Origin: a virus
Virus record (IMG/VR): IMGVR_UViG_3300005683_000016
Location: 78,039 to 142,038 of that record
DNA length: 64,000 nt
Strand: one strand, 5' to 3'
The notes below the pieces were generated by a model. The model did no database searches, was not told the origin of the DNA, and was given only the letters and a program-made list of their open reading frames with translations. Position 1 is the stretch's first letter, and each line of letters opens with the position of its first letter. Made by a program: the position numbers and the translations under genes. Of this stretch, positions 17,396-27,985 are shown piece after piece.

Positions 17396-19324
17396 ATGAA
17401 GAAACAGTTAATTGATATAGAGGTGTTTAGAAATTATTTCCTTTTAGGAATTAAAGATTACAACACCAAACAATTAATAAGCATTGAGGTTTCTCCTTGG
17501 AAAGACGAGCGAGAAACCTTAATTAACTGGTTAAATACCAACAATGGATTTGTGATCTCATTTAACGGGATACATTATGATAACATGGTTCTTGCTTATA
17601 TAAAGCAAGATTGGGATTTAATCAAATATCTGGATGCAGAAAATTTTTGCAATCAAATTAAAATATTTTCTGATAAAGTAATTAATTCAGATTCTTATTG
17701 GGAAGAACTTAAGCCTTATAAGTATGTATTTTCTAAGCAATGGACAGATATAGACCTATATTTATATTGGGCACAGATGCTTAGAATGAGTAAAAAAATA
17801 TCTCTTAAAGGTTTAGGAATTCAAATGGGTTATCCTGTTGTAATGGAACTTCCTTACGAACCAGAAACAATTCTAACTCAATCAGAATCTGAAGAGATTA
17901 AAATTTATAACCTTCAACACGATTTAGGTATTCTTGATTTACTTACTCTTCAATTTGAAGGTAAAGGTAGTATACCTCTTGGGGCATTAGGAACCATTCA
18001 GTTAAGACACCAAGTAGTTAAAGATTATAAAATTAACGCTTGGTCTATGGATGGGCCAAAAATAGCATCTGAAACTCTCCTTGATACTTATTGTAAAATC
18101 ACCAAAAAAGACAAACAAGAAGTAAGAAGGTTAAGATTTGATAGACCCACAATAAAATTTCGAGATATTTTAACAGATATTAATCCTGAGTTTCAAGCAC
18201 CTGAATTTAAACAAGTGTATGAAAAGTGGTTAAATGCTGTTGATACTTTTAGTACAGAATTTATTACAGGTACAAAAAATCATCCAATAAAAATTTCTGT
18301 TGGTGTAGGTGGAATACACAGTATAAACAAGAACGAAATATACGAATCCAATGACGAGTATATTATTGTTACTGACGATATATCTGCTATGTATCCAACT
18401 AATATTGAAAACTGGAAAGCATTTAGATTTTCTGAAGTATTAGAAACTTATGTAGGATTTAAACACAAACGAATACATGAGTCAAAACCCGGAATGAAAA
18501 AATACCCTAAAGGATCTCCAGAATGGACAGATTTTTATCAAAAAGATTTGTTCTTTAAACTTGTGTTAAATGGAACATCAGGATTAATTGACATGGAACA
18601 CTCATGGTTATATAATCCTCCAGGTATAATGAAAGTAAGATGTGGGGGTCAATTAATTTTAATGTACTTGATAGAACAATGTATTATTAATAACATTGAT
18701 GTTATTAGCACAAACACGGACGGAGTAGAAGTAAAAGTTAAAAAATCAGACTTTGACCTCTACTTGTCTTTAGTAAAAAAAACTGAAGAAAAATTCAACG
18801 TTACCTTTGAAAGAGAAATCTATAAAAAAATCATTTATAGTAACGTTAATAACTATCTGGCAGTATTAGAAAATGGATCTCTAAAGAAAAAAGGTCATTT
18901 TGTTACCTTACCAGAGTTAGGTAACTCAGTAGACTTTCTTGTTATACCCAAATGTCTCGAACTCTATTTTACTAAAGGAATAAAACCAGAAGAAGTTCTT
19001 GATGATCCAGTTAAATACAATTTACACATTTATGATTTTTGTGCTGCTTTTAAATGTTCTAAGCAATATACAGTATTGTGGAACAACCAAAAGCAACAAA
19101 GACTAAACCGTTTCTATGTAAAGAAAAACGCTCCCTATTTATATAAACTAAAAAACACTAAAGATAAACCAGACAACATGTTAAAAGGATGGGGAGTCCA
19201 ACTTTATAACAACCATGTAGAACAATCGTTTGAAAATTATCAAATAAATAAAACCTTTTATCTTTCTAAGATTAATGAGATAATTGGAGATTTAGAACAT
19301 CACAATCAACTACAACTATTTTAA
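17396..19324 (+). CDS. polB: DNA polymerase family B with 3'-5' exonuclease domain
   Basis: ExoI DIE, ExoII FNGIHYD, ExoIII Y..HD; region II DISAMYP, region III KLVLNGTSG, region I NTDG. Confidence 0.92.
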   Translation: MKKQLIDIEVFRNYFLLGIKDYNTKQLISIEVSPWKDERETLINWLNTNNGFVISFNGIHYDNMVLAYIKQDWDLIKYLDAENFCNQIKIFSDKVINSDSYWEELKPYKYVFSKQWTDIDLYLYWAQMLRMSKKISLKGLGIQMGYPVVMELPYEPETILTQSESEEIKIYNLQHDLGILDLLTLQFEGKGSIPLGALGTIQLRHQVVKDYKINAWSMDGPKIASETLLDTYCKITKKDKQEVRRLRFDRPTIKFRDILTDINPEFQAPEFKQVYEKWLNAVDTFSTEFITGTKNHPIKISVGVGGIHSINKNEIYESNDEYIIVTDDISAMYPTNIENWKAFRFSEVLETYVGFKHKRIHESKPGMKKYPKGSPEWTDFYQKDLFFKLVLNGTSGLIDMEHSWLYNPPGIMKVRCGGQLILMYLIEQCIINNIDVISTNTDGVEVKVKKSDFDLYLSLVKKTEEKFNVTFEREIYKKIIYSNVNNYLAVLENGSLKKKGHFVTLPELGNSVDFLVIPKCLELYFTKGIKPEEVLDDPVKYNLHIYDFCAAFKCSKQYTVLWNNQKQQRLNRFYVKKNAPYLYKLKNTKDKPDNMLKGWGVQLYNNHVEQSFENYQINKTFYLSKINEIIGDLEHHNQLQLF

Positions 19325-19501
19325 TGAAAAAAGAAACTAAATTCAGAGATTCTCTTCAACATGAAGAAAGTAAAATAGTCTATGATGTCTTAATGGAGCA
19401 CATAAACGAACTTAAAGATGAAGTTACTCTCTTAAAACTAAAAATCGCTTTAGGTAGTCAATATGAAATAGTAAAGCATAACTTTCAAACTACCATGTAA
19501 T

Positions 19502-19876
19502 ATGAAAATAATAGATATTTCAAAGTTTACAGATACTACTACAGTAGCAGAGATTAAAGAACATATTAAATTAGAAGAAAAAGAAAAAAGTAAACAAGAA
19601 AAAGAGCATCAAGAACTTTTAGATTCTTTTATAGGAAAATATATATTTTGCAATCACAACGGAACTCACGGGTTTGTAACTAAACTTACAGAATGGAATA
19701 GAGAACATGATATGATCTCAATTACTAACAGTGGGTTTCATTACGAAAAAGGTTCAGTAAGTCAAAATTGGATAGATAGTATTAAAGTAATCACAGAGGA
19801 ACAATATCTTGAAGTAGACCGACTTGCTCAAGAAGTTAAAAAATTAAGAAATAGTATAACACTTTTTAACAAATAA
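19502..19876 (+). CDS. Hypothetical protein
   Basis: ORF in operon. Confidence 0.55.
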   Translation: MKIIDISKFTDTTTVAEIKEHIKLEEKEKSKQEKEHQELLDSFIGKYIFCNHNGTHGFVTKLTEWNREHDMISITNSGFHYEKGSVSQNWIDSIKVITEEQYLEVDRLAQEVKKLRNSITLFNK

Positions 19877-19879
19877 TAA

Positions 19880-20176
19880 ATGGCACAAATAAAATATTTT
19901 GACAAAACCCTTGATGAGATATTGGAAATTATTTCTGATATTAATGAAGAACTCCAAACGTGGCTTATTACACCAGATGACTGGTTTTTAGGATTATCTT
20001 GTGAGTTTAATGAATGGTGGGCTTCTATTAAATTTCAGGATGTTGAACTTTTTAACACTGAAGTAGATGAGAGGAAATACCTTGGTGAAGAAATTGATGA
20101 CTATGAGGATTTGAAAGATTGTATTAAAAGAGTTCTAAAGGAAAAATTTGCATATTACTCTCAGTTTAAAATTTAA
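19880..20176 (+). CDS. Acidic hypothetical protein
   Basis: ORF in operon, D/E-rich. Confidence 0.55.
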   Translation: MAQIKYFDKTLDEILEIISDINEELQTWLITPDDWFLGLSCEFNEWWASIKFQDVELFNTEVDERKYLGEEIDDYEDLKDCIKRVLKEKFAYYSQFKI

Positions 20177-20181
20177 ACAAA

Positions 20182-20418
20182 ATGAATGTTGAAAAACTCA
20201 TAGAAAGCGATGAGTATTTTAAAGGTTGTTCTTCTTTGATGCTACTTATCAAAAAAGACATTATTGAATTTGCAAAAGCCTATGCCAAACAAATGTGTGA
20301 CAAGCAACGCAAGATTTGTAGTGACAGATTTTGTGACTACAAGAAACTTGACACACACGACATTTATATTCCAGATATTATCAGTAACTCACCTTATCCA
20401 GAAGAATTAAATATATAA
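20182..20418 (+). CDS. Hypothetical protein
   Basis: ORF in operon. Confidence 0.5.
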   Translation: MNVEKLIESDEYFKGCSSLMLLIKKDIIEFAKAYAKQMCDKQRKICSDRFCDYKKLDTHDIYIPDIISNSPYPEELNI

Positions 20419-20420
20419 CA

Positions 20421-20642
20421 ATGTATAAAGAACAAGAAATTAACGATCTAAGAGAAGTTCTTCTTCAAAAAGGAATAGTAACAGAGGAAGACCTTATTAC
20501 TTACCTTAATGTGAGTTCTGTCAAAGACCGAATGGTTCTTACTTACTTAGAACTTACTCGTCTTTTAGGAGAACGAACAGGTTTCAGTATCGGTCAATCT
20601 TTTTTAAGAACTAAAGTTCAAAACGTATTAGATGAAGAATAA
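20421..20642 (+). CDS. Hypothetical protein
   Basis: ORF in operon. Confidence 0.5.
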   Translation: MYKEQEINDLREVLLQKGIVTEEDLITYLNVSSVKDRMVLTYLELTRLLGERTGFSIGQSFLRTKVQNVLDEE

Positions 20643-20976
20643 TTACGCTAAAGTAAAAGACCTGTCTCCAGATAAAGTGATTCATCTAACTAATACAATG
20701 ATTCGTGCATGTAGACTGAAAGATCAGTCTCTATATGTACTTAGTCATAAGTTTGAAAAGGAAGGAAAAATCTGGTTTAAAGGATTTATTTGTTTACCCG
20801 ATCAACTCTTACAAACTGCTTATTGGTGTGAACAAGTCTTGGTGAACAAAAGTATTATCTTAGATTTTACTTCTTCTATTAACGTTCCCGTTCTAAAAGG
20901 AGGAGTTGATTGTATAATGAATCCTAATAGAGTAGGATTTGGTAATCAGAAGTTGTTAAAAACTTATGCTGAATGA
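20632..20976 (+). CDS. Hypothetical protein
   Basis: ORF coupled to helicase. Confidence 0.5.
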   Translation: MKNNYAKVKDLSPDKVIHLTNTMIRACRLKDQSLYVLSHKFEKEGKIWFKGFICLPDQLLQTAYWCEQVLVNKSIILDFTSSINVPVLKGGVDCIMNPNRVGFGNQKLLKTYAE

Positions 20977-23246
20977 CACGATTTGAATATGCACAAGAAG
21001 TGGCTATGCTTAGTGATAGGTATAGCCACTTTCTTTTAGATCTGGTTCCGAGATTCGGGAAAAGTTTAATATGTACAGAGTTGATTAAGAGATGGAATCC
21101 TGAAAAGATTCTAATCTTAAGTGGAGCAAATTCTACTAATAGTCAGTGGATTGAAAATCTTGAAAAATATAATCCTGATCTTCTTGAGATCACTGACATC
21201 TATTGTTATCAGTCTGCCCACAAACTTGAGGACATATATGATGTAATTTGTTTGGATAAGTTGCTTTGTCCAATTAAAACCTATTTAACTCAGGGAAACT
21301 CCTAATGGTTTATATACCAACTTTTCATAGTAATATAGAAAAGGGCTGAACTAACTACTCAGATATGGTAAAAAGTGTAAACATAGATGTAAATCTTAAT
21401 GGACAATCCTGATCCAAGCGTCTTTAAAGAAAGATGAAGGAGCAACGACTATCCCGGAAGGGAGTACACTTAATAATTTAAGTGGAAAAGGTAGGAATTT
21501 TATATACGCAAAACTTATTTTTGCATCTTAATATAAAACTTAAGATGCAATGAAAAATTATCAAATTTATTGTTTAAAAGATCCTATATCACTTGAAATA
21601 CGATATATAGGAGTAACACAACGTTCTTTAAAAGAAAGGTTTTATCAACATTTATGGGAATCTAAAAACTTAAACGGTACTCATAAAAGACATTGGATTA
21701 AAACTCTTCTTTCTGAAAAATTAAAACCTATTATTGAAACAATTGAATATTGTAGTGAAGATACATGGGAAGAGAGAGAACAATATTGGATTTCTCAATA
21801 CAAAAATCTTACTAATACTAAAGAAGGAGGAACTGGTGTAGTAATAAATAGAGAAATATCTTCTGTAGAAAGAAGTGCGGCTGCTCATAAAAAACAAATT
21901 TGTCAATTAGATCACCAAGGTAAATTTATAAGATTTTGGGACAGTGTGGCCGATGCTGCCAGAGGACTTAATTCGAAAAAAGATGCTATTTACAGAGCCA
22001 TTAGGAAACTAAATAACTCTGCGGTGGGCTTTTGTTGGTGTTACCCGCATGAATTAGAAACTTTTATATCAAAAGTAAAAAATAAAGAAGATCTAATTAG
22101 TAATTTTCAAAAAACATACAAGGTGAAAATTATTGACTATGATGGTATTGAACATTACTTTGATTCAGCAACAAAAGCAGCAAATCATTTTAAATGTAAC
22201 GTTTCTTTTATCTCTATGTTACTATCAGGTATAAGAAAATCTAAAAAAATTTTTTTAATCGAGCGTATATAAAATTAAGATATAGTCTACTGTAGGAAGC
22301 AGACCTTCTTACGACAAATAGATTAGACTATCTCAAAGAGTTAAATCCAAGGCATTGGATTGGAATGAGTGGAACTCTTGAGGAAGAGCATATAGACTTC
22401 TTCAGGTTCTTAACTAAAGGAAAATTCTACCATGCTAAAGTTGAGTTTGAACAAGCAGTTGAATGGGGAATATTACCTGCTCCCAAGATTTATTCGGTGA
22501 GTCTTCAAATGGACAACACTAAAAGGTATCTTTTATTTGAGAAAGGGAAGGACAAGAAAAAAAAGAATCTTATCGTTCCTTTTAATGAGAGATGGACTGC
22601 TTTTAAGGACAAATCTAAAAATGCTCTGATTCAGTGTACTGAATTAGAATACCATCAGTTGATTTGCGAAGAGTTCGAAAAGTGGAAAGGATTCGAATCC
22701 GAGTTTGAACTCCCTTACAACGAAAGAAGCGAGTTTATTAGGATGATGCAAACCAAGGGATTTAATCAAGTCACTTGTCGAGACAAAAAAATGAGAATAG
22801 GCAATGACAGAAAGAAGTTTTTTGCAAACATCAAAAACAGATGGTTCACTAAACTTTATACGCAGTTACCTAAAGGGTCACGGGTGTTGGTTTTCTGCAA
22901 TGATATTGCACAGGCAGAACTCCTTAACAAAGAGTTCAGTGTGCATTCCAAGAATGATTCAGAAACCAACGAAAGTCTTATTGAGAGATTTAACAACAAA
23001 GAGATTAACGTCTTACACAGCGTTAATTCTTTAGCACGAGGAGTGGATTTTGTAGATGTGGACTATTTGATTATAGTTCAGTCTTCTATGAAACAAGGTA
23101 CTCAGATTCAAAAGTTTGCAAGGAGCGGTCTTAGTATTGCTCCCAAGACTATTCTGATGTACTATCCACAGACTCAAGATGAGAAATACGTTAATAAATT
23201 TTTAGAACAGTTTAAACCAGAATGGATAATCAGGAAAACACTGTAA
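20973..23246 (+). CDS. SF2 DEAD-type helicase, spliced: join(20973..21257,22296..23246), 411 aa
   Basis: Walker A PRFGKS; splicing joins ICLD to EADLL in frame, restoring DEAD; motif III MSGT; motif V ARGVD. Confidence 0.88.
21516..21550 (+). promoter_or_regulatory. Internal promoter plus start-sequestering hairpin for intron endonuclease
   Basis: TATTTTTG (21516-21523) overlaps the 5' arm of the perfect 11-bp stem TTGCATCTTAA/TTAAGATGCAA, which ends on the A of the ATG. Confidence 0.7.
21550..22272 (+). CDS. Intron-encoded GIY-YIG homing endonuclease with NUMOD1-like repeats
   Basis: QIY...RYIG...R..QH, EQYWI, and WDSVADAARGL / FDSATKAANHF repeats. Confidence 0.9.
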   Translation: MKNYQIYCLKDPISLEIRYIGVTQRSLKERFYQHLWESKNLNGTHKRHWIKTLLSEKLKPIIETIEYCSEDTWEEREQYWISQYKNLTNTKEGGTGVVINREISSVERSAAAHKKQICQLDHQGKFIRFWDSVADAARGLNSKKDAIYRAIRKLNNSAVGFCWCYPHELETFISKVKNKEDLISNFQKTYKVKIIDYDGIEHYFDSATKAANHFKCNVSFISMLLSGIRKSKKIFLIERI

Positions 23247-23545
23247 TTTTATATCCGTGTATTATAGGATTTAAACAATTTTTCTCCACTTCTCCTGCGC
23301 ACTGGTGCAGGCTGCAAAACGGCACTTATTCTGCAAAAGTAACTGATCTTCAATATGGGTATATTACTATTGAAAACAAAGTAGGAGTGAAAGGTTTTAC
23401 AATCAAATATTATTCTATTGTTTATAACAACAACGATATACCTTACGATTTCAGTCACTATATCAATGCTTTAGGAGAAATTACAGATTTAAATAGATTT
23501 CTAATAAAACATCCAGTAAGATCAATAAGTAATTTATATTCATAA
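23222..23545 (+). CDS. Hypothetical protein
   Basis: ORF in operon. Confidence 0.5.
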   Translation: MDNQENTVILYPCIIGFKQFFSTSPAHWCRLQNGTYSAKVTDLQYGYITIENKVGVKGFTIKYYSIVYNNNDIPYDFSHYINALGEITDLNRFLIKHPVRSISNLYS

Positions 23546-23555
23546 AAACAGGTAG

Positions 23556-23813
23556 ATGGAAACATTTGACAGATACAATGAAAAAGGAAAGTCAGGAACA
23601 AGGATTATCGAAGTGAGTAAGTGTTGGGATTGTCCTTTTGCAAATTTTTCAAGGGGGCTTGGGTTTGGATTCTTTGTGACTTGTAAACTCACAGACAAAG
23701 ATTATCACTTTGATGACAATGGTATCCACTTTTCAACACCACACGATTGTCCTTTAGAATTAAAAGAAGATTATTTAAAAGAAAATGACTTGGAACTACA
23801 GAATAGCAACTAA
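23556..23813 (+). CDS. Cys-rich hypothetical protein
   Basis: CWDCPF...C...CPL pattern. Confidence 0.55.
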   Translation: METFDRYNEKGKSGTRIIEVSKCWDCPFANFSRGLGFGFFVTCKLTDKDYHFDDNGIHFSTPHDCPLELKEDYLKENDLELQNSN

Positions 23814-24057
23814 AATTGTAAAACCCGAAAACTCTAAAATGTATCCAACCGGATGGAGAGAGTTTTTAATTATAGAATGTTATTATGAAAACGGAATACC
23901 TACCTCTTATGTCGAAAGAAATCCTGTAGGTGGGTGGGAAGATATTAATGATCTAACAAATACAATAAAAAAACTTTACGAGACAATTAATAAATACAAA
24001 CCAATTATTGACTTAGATAACTTTCCGCATGAATTTACTGAAACTACTAATAGTTAG
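23785..24057 (+). CDS. Hypothetical protein
   Basis: MTWNYR N-terminus; coupled ORF. Confidence 0.55.
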   Translation: MTWNYRIATKIVKPENSKMYPTGWREFLIIECYYENGIPTSYVERNPVGGWEDINDLTNTIKKLYETINKYKPIIDLDNFPHEFTETTNS

Positions 24058-24286
24058 TCTATTATTCTCTTCGTGTGTCATTTCTCAACCTAAATATCGG
24101 TTTTACTACTCTCCTTCAATGGAGAAGAAAATAGGTATTCAAGGTTATTGTAAAGTAGGAAACAAAGTGTTTCCTGCAACACACATTATCGAACATAAAT
24201 TAATTAGAAAAGATGCTCTCTTAGTAGGAGAGTCAGATACAATTTTTTATAATTACGATAAAACAAAAGTAATATGGTCAAAATAG
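24029..24286 (+). CDS. Putative lipoprotein
   Basis: LLFSSC lipobox. Confidence 0.55.
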   Translation: MNLLKLLIVSLLFSSCVISQPKYRFYYSPSMEKKIGIQGYCKVGNKVFPATHIIEHKLIRKDALLVGESDTIFYNYDKTKVIWSK

Positions 24287-24606
24287 GAACATTTTATATT
24301 GATGAAGATTCAGGCGATGTTTATTTAACAAGTCAAGTTTCAGAAAATAACTTACTTTTTATAAACATTAAATCAGCAAACAGGTATTCTGATTTTTCAA
24401 TCAGACCTAACGAAGATCCTCCTAAAGAGTTTAAAAAGTTTTTTGGTGAAATTAGTATTCAAGTATATCAAAATGAAACTACAATTAAAATTGTAGAAGA
24501 CAATTTTGAAGAAGTCCTTAAAGAAAAATACGCTCAAGGAATTACAAGAGATGAGATTCGTAAACTTTTAAAAGAATATCGAAAGGATGAACACCCAAAC
24601 GTTTAA
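24274..24606 (+). CDS. Hypothetical protein
   Basis: ORF in operon. Confidence 0.5.
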   Translation: MVKIGTFYIDEDSGDVYLTSQVSENNLLFINIKSANRYSDFSIRPNEDPPKEFKKFFGEISIQVYQNETTIKIVEDNFEEVLKEKYAQGITRDEIRKLLKEYRKDEHPNV

Positions 24607-25015
24607 TACTAAAGAAGAATTCTTTTTAGACATGCTTGAGTTTTATACTCAAGACACAGATAGAAGGTGTATTGATGAAAATGACAACTGTCTTTATTAT
24701 TTTGAAGGTAAAGAAGGATGTGCCATCGGTAGATTTTTAGATAAAAAAGTTGCTCAAGATCTTGATGATGGAGAGTTAAAAATTCAAACTGCTATAAATA
24801 GAAATGTTGCAGGTATTCCCGAATGGATGCTCGGTCTTGAAGCAGTCTTTTTACAAGACATACAACTATTCCATGATCAAGATATATATTGGGATTTAAC
24901 GAACAAAACATTGTCTAATGAAGGAAAACAACAAGTTGAAAAAATTTTAAGAGATTACGATATTAGTGAAGAAAAATTTAAAAATATATTGAATGAATGT
25001 AAACGAAGAATTTAA
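24587..25015 (+). CDS. Hypothetical phage protein
   Basis: C..Y....CAIG and Q..HD pattern. Confidence 0.55.
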   Translation: MNTQTFNTKEEFFLDMLEFYTQDTDRRCIDENDNCLYYFEGKEGCAIGRFLDKKVAQDLDDGELKIQTAINRNVAGIPEWMLGLEAVFLQDIQLFHDQDIYWDLTNKTLSNEGKQQVEKILRDYDISEEKFKNILNECKRRI

Positions 25016-25544
25016 AGACTTATGTAAAGAAAATGAAATCCCTCTTAGTGAGGGATTTGTATTTGGTATTTTTATAGATTTCAAAGATATTGTACCTGGA
25101 CTGGAATCTTTAATTTGGAAAGATGATAATGGTGAAGGAATACTTAATTATGAAAGGTATCAACCTCTTCAGATCAATCTTTGTACTACCAATCCTGAAA
25201 CCTTAAAACCTGAACTTAAAGTACCTTTGTTCGGCGGAGTTGTGGACGGGGAGTATGAGATTTTTATCACTTCCGTCGTAGAACAAATTGGTTCTACAAT
25301 TAAAGGAAAAGAAACCTCTTATTCATTATTTACAAAAGAAGGTATTGAAAAAAACTGTTTTTATAAAGTAAAAAACAGTATTGAAAACTTTGACTTAAAT
25401 CGTTTGGTTAAAAGTATTGTCCTTTATTATGGACAGACCATGATGGCCAAACAATTGGGTAATTATCTTAGAAGTGAGGAATGTTTAATTAACTATAAAA
25501 CACTTCAAGAAGAAAATTATGGAAGACTTCTTAATAAGGGTTGA
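24993..25544 (+). CDS. Hypothetical protein directly upstream of replicative helicase
   Basis: Overlaps the DnaB-like start. Confidence 0.6.
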   Translation: MNVNEEFKDLCKENEIPLSEGFVFGIFIDFKDIVPGLESLIWKDDNGEGILNYERYQPLQINLCTTNPETLKPELKVPLFGGVVDGEYEIFITSVVEQIGSTIKGKETSYSLFTKEGIEKNCFYKVKNSIENFDLNRLVKSIVLYYGQTMMAKQLGNYLRSEECLINYKTLQEENYGRLLNKG

Positions 25545-26652
25545 AGAAGGAAGGAAAGGCTTGAATGAAGGATTACTTACTGATCCTCCAATATTTTCAG
25601 AGGCGATTAACAACATTCAAAAAAAAATGATTTATGTTGTATTTGCAGCACCTAAAGCATTTAAGACTAAGTTTGTAGACTCTTTCTTTGTCCTTCACCC
25701 TTTCTTGAAAAACCCAAACAAAAACATTGAATGGGATTACTTTAGTTTTGAAATAGACAGAATAAATAAAGTTGCAGATTGGATTGCCTTTTTCTTTTGG
25801 ACAGATTATAAAATAAAATATAGTTCAAATCACATTTTATTTAGAGGAATACATAAAGTTAAAGATGAACATCTTAAACTTATGGATGAAATTCTTACAA
25901 AAAGAATTATTCCTTTGATGGGAAATTATAATGCTAAAGGAGAGAAAACAAGTCAAGGTAAACTTAATTTTGTGGAAGATAGAGAAAATCCCACAGGGGT
26001 CAGAAATTATCTTTTGTCTAAAATTAAAGCAGAAGGAGAGATGGTTTATGAAGATTATGAAATGGAGGAAGAAGGTAAAACAGTAAAGAAAAAAAGACTT
26101 ACTGGATTTCACCATTCTAATCCTGAAAAGTACAGAATCGTAATAACTGATCACATCAGGAAACTAAAGAGAGAAAGAGGCTTTACTATGAAAGAGAATA
26201 TGGACAAATATTCTGACTACCAGGTTAGTTTAAGAAACATATTTGGATACACATTTGTAAATATCGTTCACTCTAATAGAGCAATATCGGACACTTCCAG
26301 AGTTTCTTTGAACGAAGGTAAATATCTAACTCCCCACTTAGACGATATAAAAGATTCTGGCAATATAGGTGAAGATTTATCAGTAGCAATTTCTTTGCTT
26401 AATCCTGAAGCATATAAGATTAGAAATCACTTTGACTACAATGTTGCTGAATGGCAAGGTATGTATAGAAGCCTTCATTTAATTGCTTCAAGAGATACTG
26501 AAGCACCTAAAGACATGGCTTTAATTGGAGATGGTGCTAATAATTTTTTTAAGGCTCTTCCGTCTCCTACTGATAGAGAGGAACTAATCAAGTTTAAGAA
26601 GATGTTTAGTGCGTACAGAGCGCTTCCTTTTGGAGAAGTATTTAATGTGTAG
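25519..26652 (+). CDS. dnaB: DnaB-like (SF4) replicative helicase
   Basis: Walker A variant AAPKAFKT, YFSFE, Walker B IVITDH, HSNR and DIKDSG motifs. Confidence 0.8.
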   Translation: MEDFLIRVEEGRKGLNEGLLTDPPIFSEAINNIQKKMIYVVFAAPKAFKTKFVDSFFVLHPFLKNPNKNIEWDYFSFEIDRINKVADWIAFFFWTDYKIKYSSNHILFRGIHKVKDEHLKLMDEILTKRIIPLMGNYNAKGEKTSQGKLNFVEDRENPTGVRNYLLSKIKAEGEMVYEDYEMEEEGKTVKKKRLTGFHHSNPEKYRIVITDHIRKLKRERGFTMKENMDKYSDYQVSLRNIFGYTFVNIVHSNRAISDTSRVSLNEGKYLTPHLDDIKDSGNIGEDLSVAISLLNPEAYKIRNHFDYNVAEWQGMYRSLHLIASRDTEAPKDMALIGDGANNFFKALPSPTDREELIKFKKMFSAYRALPFGEVFNV

Positions 26653-26860
26653 ATTATGAGTGGCGAAACGATTGGAATGATATTATAGATTTACACTTTA
26701 ATAGAAACTCATCCGATGGAATTGCTGCCATTCATACAAGTTGTTGGGATGGTGAAATTCCAAAAAAACAAAGTGAAGACGACCCTGAACAAGGACGGGG
26801 TAAAATAAAAAGGGCTAAATCAAAAATCAGTTTTCATAAATTTTATAAAACAATAGAAAA

Positions 26861-27073
26861 ATGATACCTTACCCTGAAAATAAACCAACAGATTATGGAA
26901 TGTATGAAGTCCAACTATCTGACAATTCTATTACAATAGGAAAATGGAATGGATGTGGATGGGTCAATCCAAGATTTAATACCACTGTGGTTAAATTTAA
27001 TCCTCATCGAAAAGACAATCCTGTTCAGATATGGACATTTGATAAAGTAACTAAACAATTAATAAAAATATAA
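26861..27073 (+). CDS. Hypothetical protein
   Basis: Small ORF with A-rich start context. Confidence 0.5.
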   Translation: MIPYPENKPTDYGMYEVQLSDNSITIGKWNGCGWVNPRFNTTVVKFNPHRKDNPVQIWTFDKVTKQLIKI

Positions 27074-27081
27074 AATATACA

Positions 27082-27771
27082 ATGTTTCAAAAAGCAGAAA
27101 GAGGAACACGAGTTCCTAAAATTCTTTTAACTGGCCCTGCTGGTGCTGGTAAAACAAAAAGTGCTCTTTATCTAATGCAGGGTCTTATAGGTAAGGGGAA
27201 AATTGCATTGGTGGATTCTGAGAACAACTCAGCAACTATTTATGCAAACGAGTTTGATTTTCTACATGCCAATATTCCTCCAGAAAAACAACATATCAAC
27301 GGGTATATTGAATTTATGGTAGAAGCATTTAATGCTGGTGTTGACGGACTTGTTATTGACTCTATTAGTCCTGCTTGGGACAATCTTGTTGCTCTTGCAA
27401 ATAATATGCAGGGAAATTCTTTTACAAATTGGGGTAAATTGACTCCGCTACAGAAATTGTTTGGTCAAAAAATTGTGGGTTTTCCCAAACCTTTGATCTG
27501 TACGGCTCGAAGTAAGCAATCTTATGTTCTTGAAGCAAACGCTCAAGGTAAAATGGTTCCTAAAAAAGTAGGACTTGAGGTTGTACAGGGAAAAGACATT
27601 GACTATGAATTTGACATTGTGTTTGCAATAGATCAATCTACTCATAATGCTAAGATTGATAAATGTCGTTATACGGAAATTGAGACTTACTTTGCTGAAC
27701 GTGGTGGAGAAGTAAAACTTTCTGTAGAATTGGGAGAATTTATCAATAAAGTTCTTAAATCCAATGGATAA
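27082..27771 (+). CDS. Sak4-like AAA ATPase / single-strand annealing protein
   Basis: GPAGAGKT, VDSE, VIDSIS and YEFD motifs. Confidence 0.85.
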   Translation: MFQKAERGTRVPKILLTGPAGAGKTKSALYLMQGLIGKGKIALVDSENNSATIYANEFDFLHANIPPEKQHINGYIEFMVEAFNAGVDGLVIDSISPAWDNLVALANNMQGNSFTNWGKLTPLQKLFGQKIVGFPKPLICTARSKQSYVLEANAQGKMVPKKVGLEVVQGKDIDYEFDIVFAIDQSTHNAKIDKCRYTEIETYFAERGGEVKLSVELGEFINKVLKSNG

Positions 27772-27985
27772 AGTTTATGTAGTCTTTAATATTAACGGAG
27801 ATATTATAGGTGTTGCTAATTCTTATTAAAACCTATACAATGACTTGGGAAGAATATCTCGAAATAAAGAACCTCCTAACTCAATGGGAGTTAGAAGACG
27901 AATTTAGTTATCAATCAGACAAATTAGATAAAGAACAAAACATTTTTGAATATTAAAATTAAAACTGATTATTAATCACAACAAA

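Larger units (their letters stand above)
21258..22295 (+). mobile_element. Group I self-splicing intron with ORF in P8
   Basis: P1 TTGGAT/GTCCAA with U.G at the splice site; P element AACTCAGGGAAA; Q GACAATCCTGATCC; R GCAACGACTA; S AAGATATAGTC; P8 AATTTTATATACGC/GCGTATATAAAATT; terminal G. Confidence 0.92.

Noticed and set aside
20973-23246. Helicase pseudogene or intein
   Set aside because: Group I core elements and in-frame restoration of DEAD explain the split.
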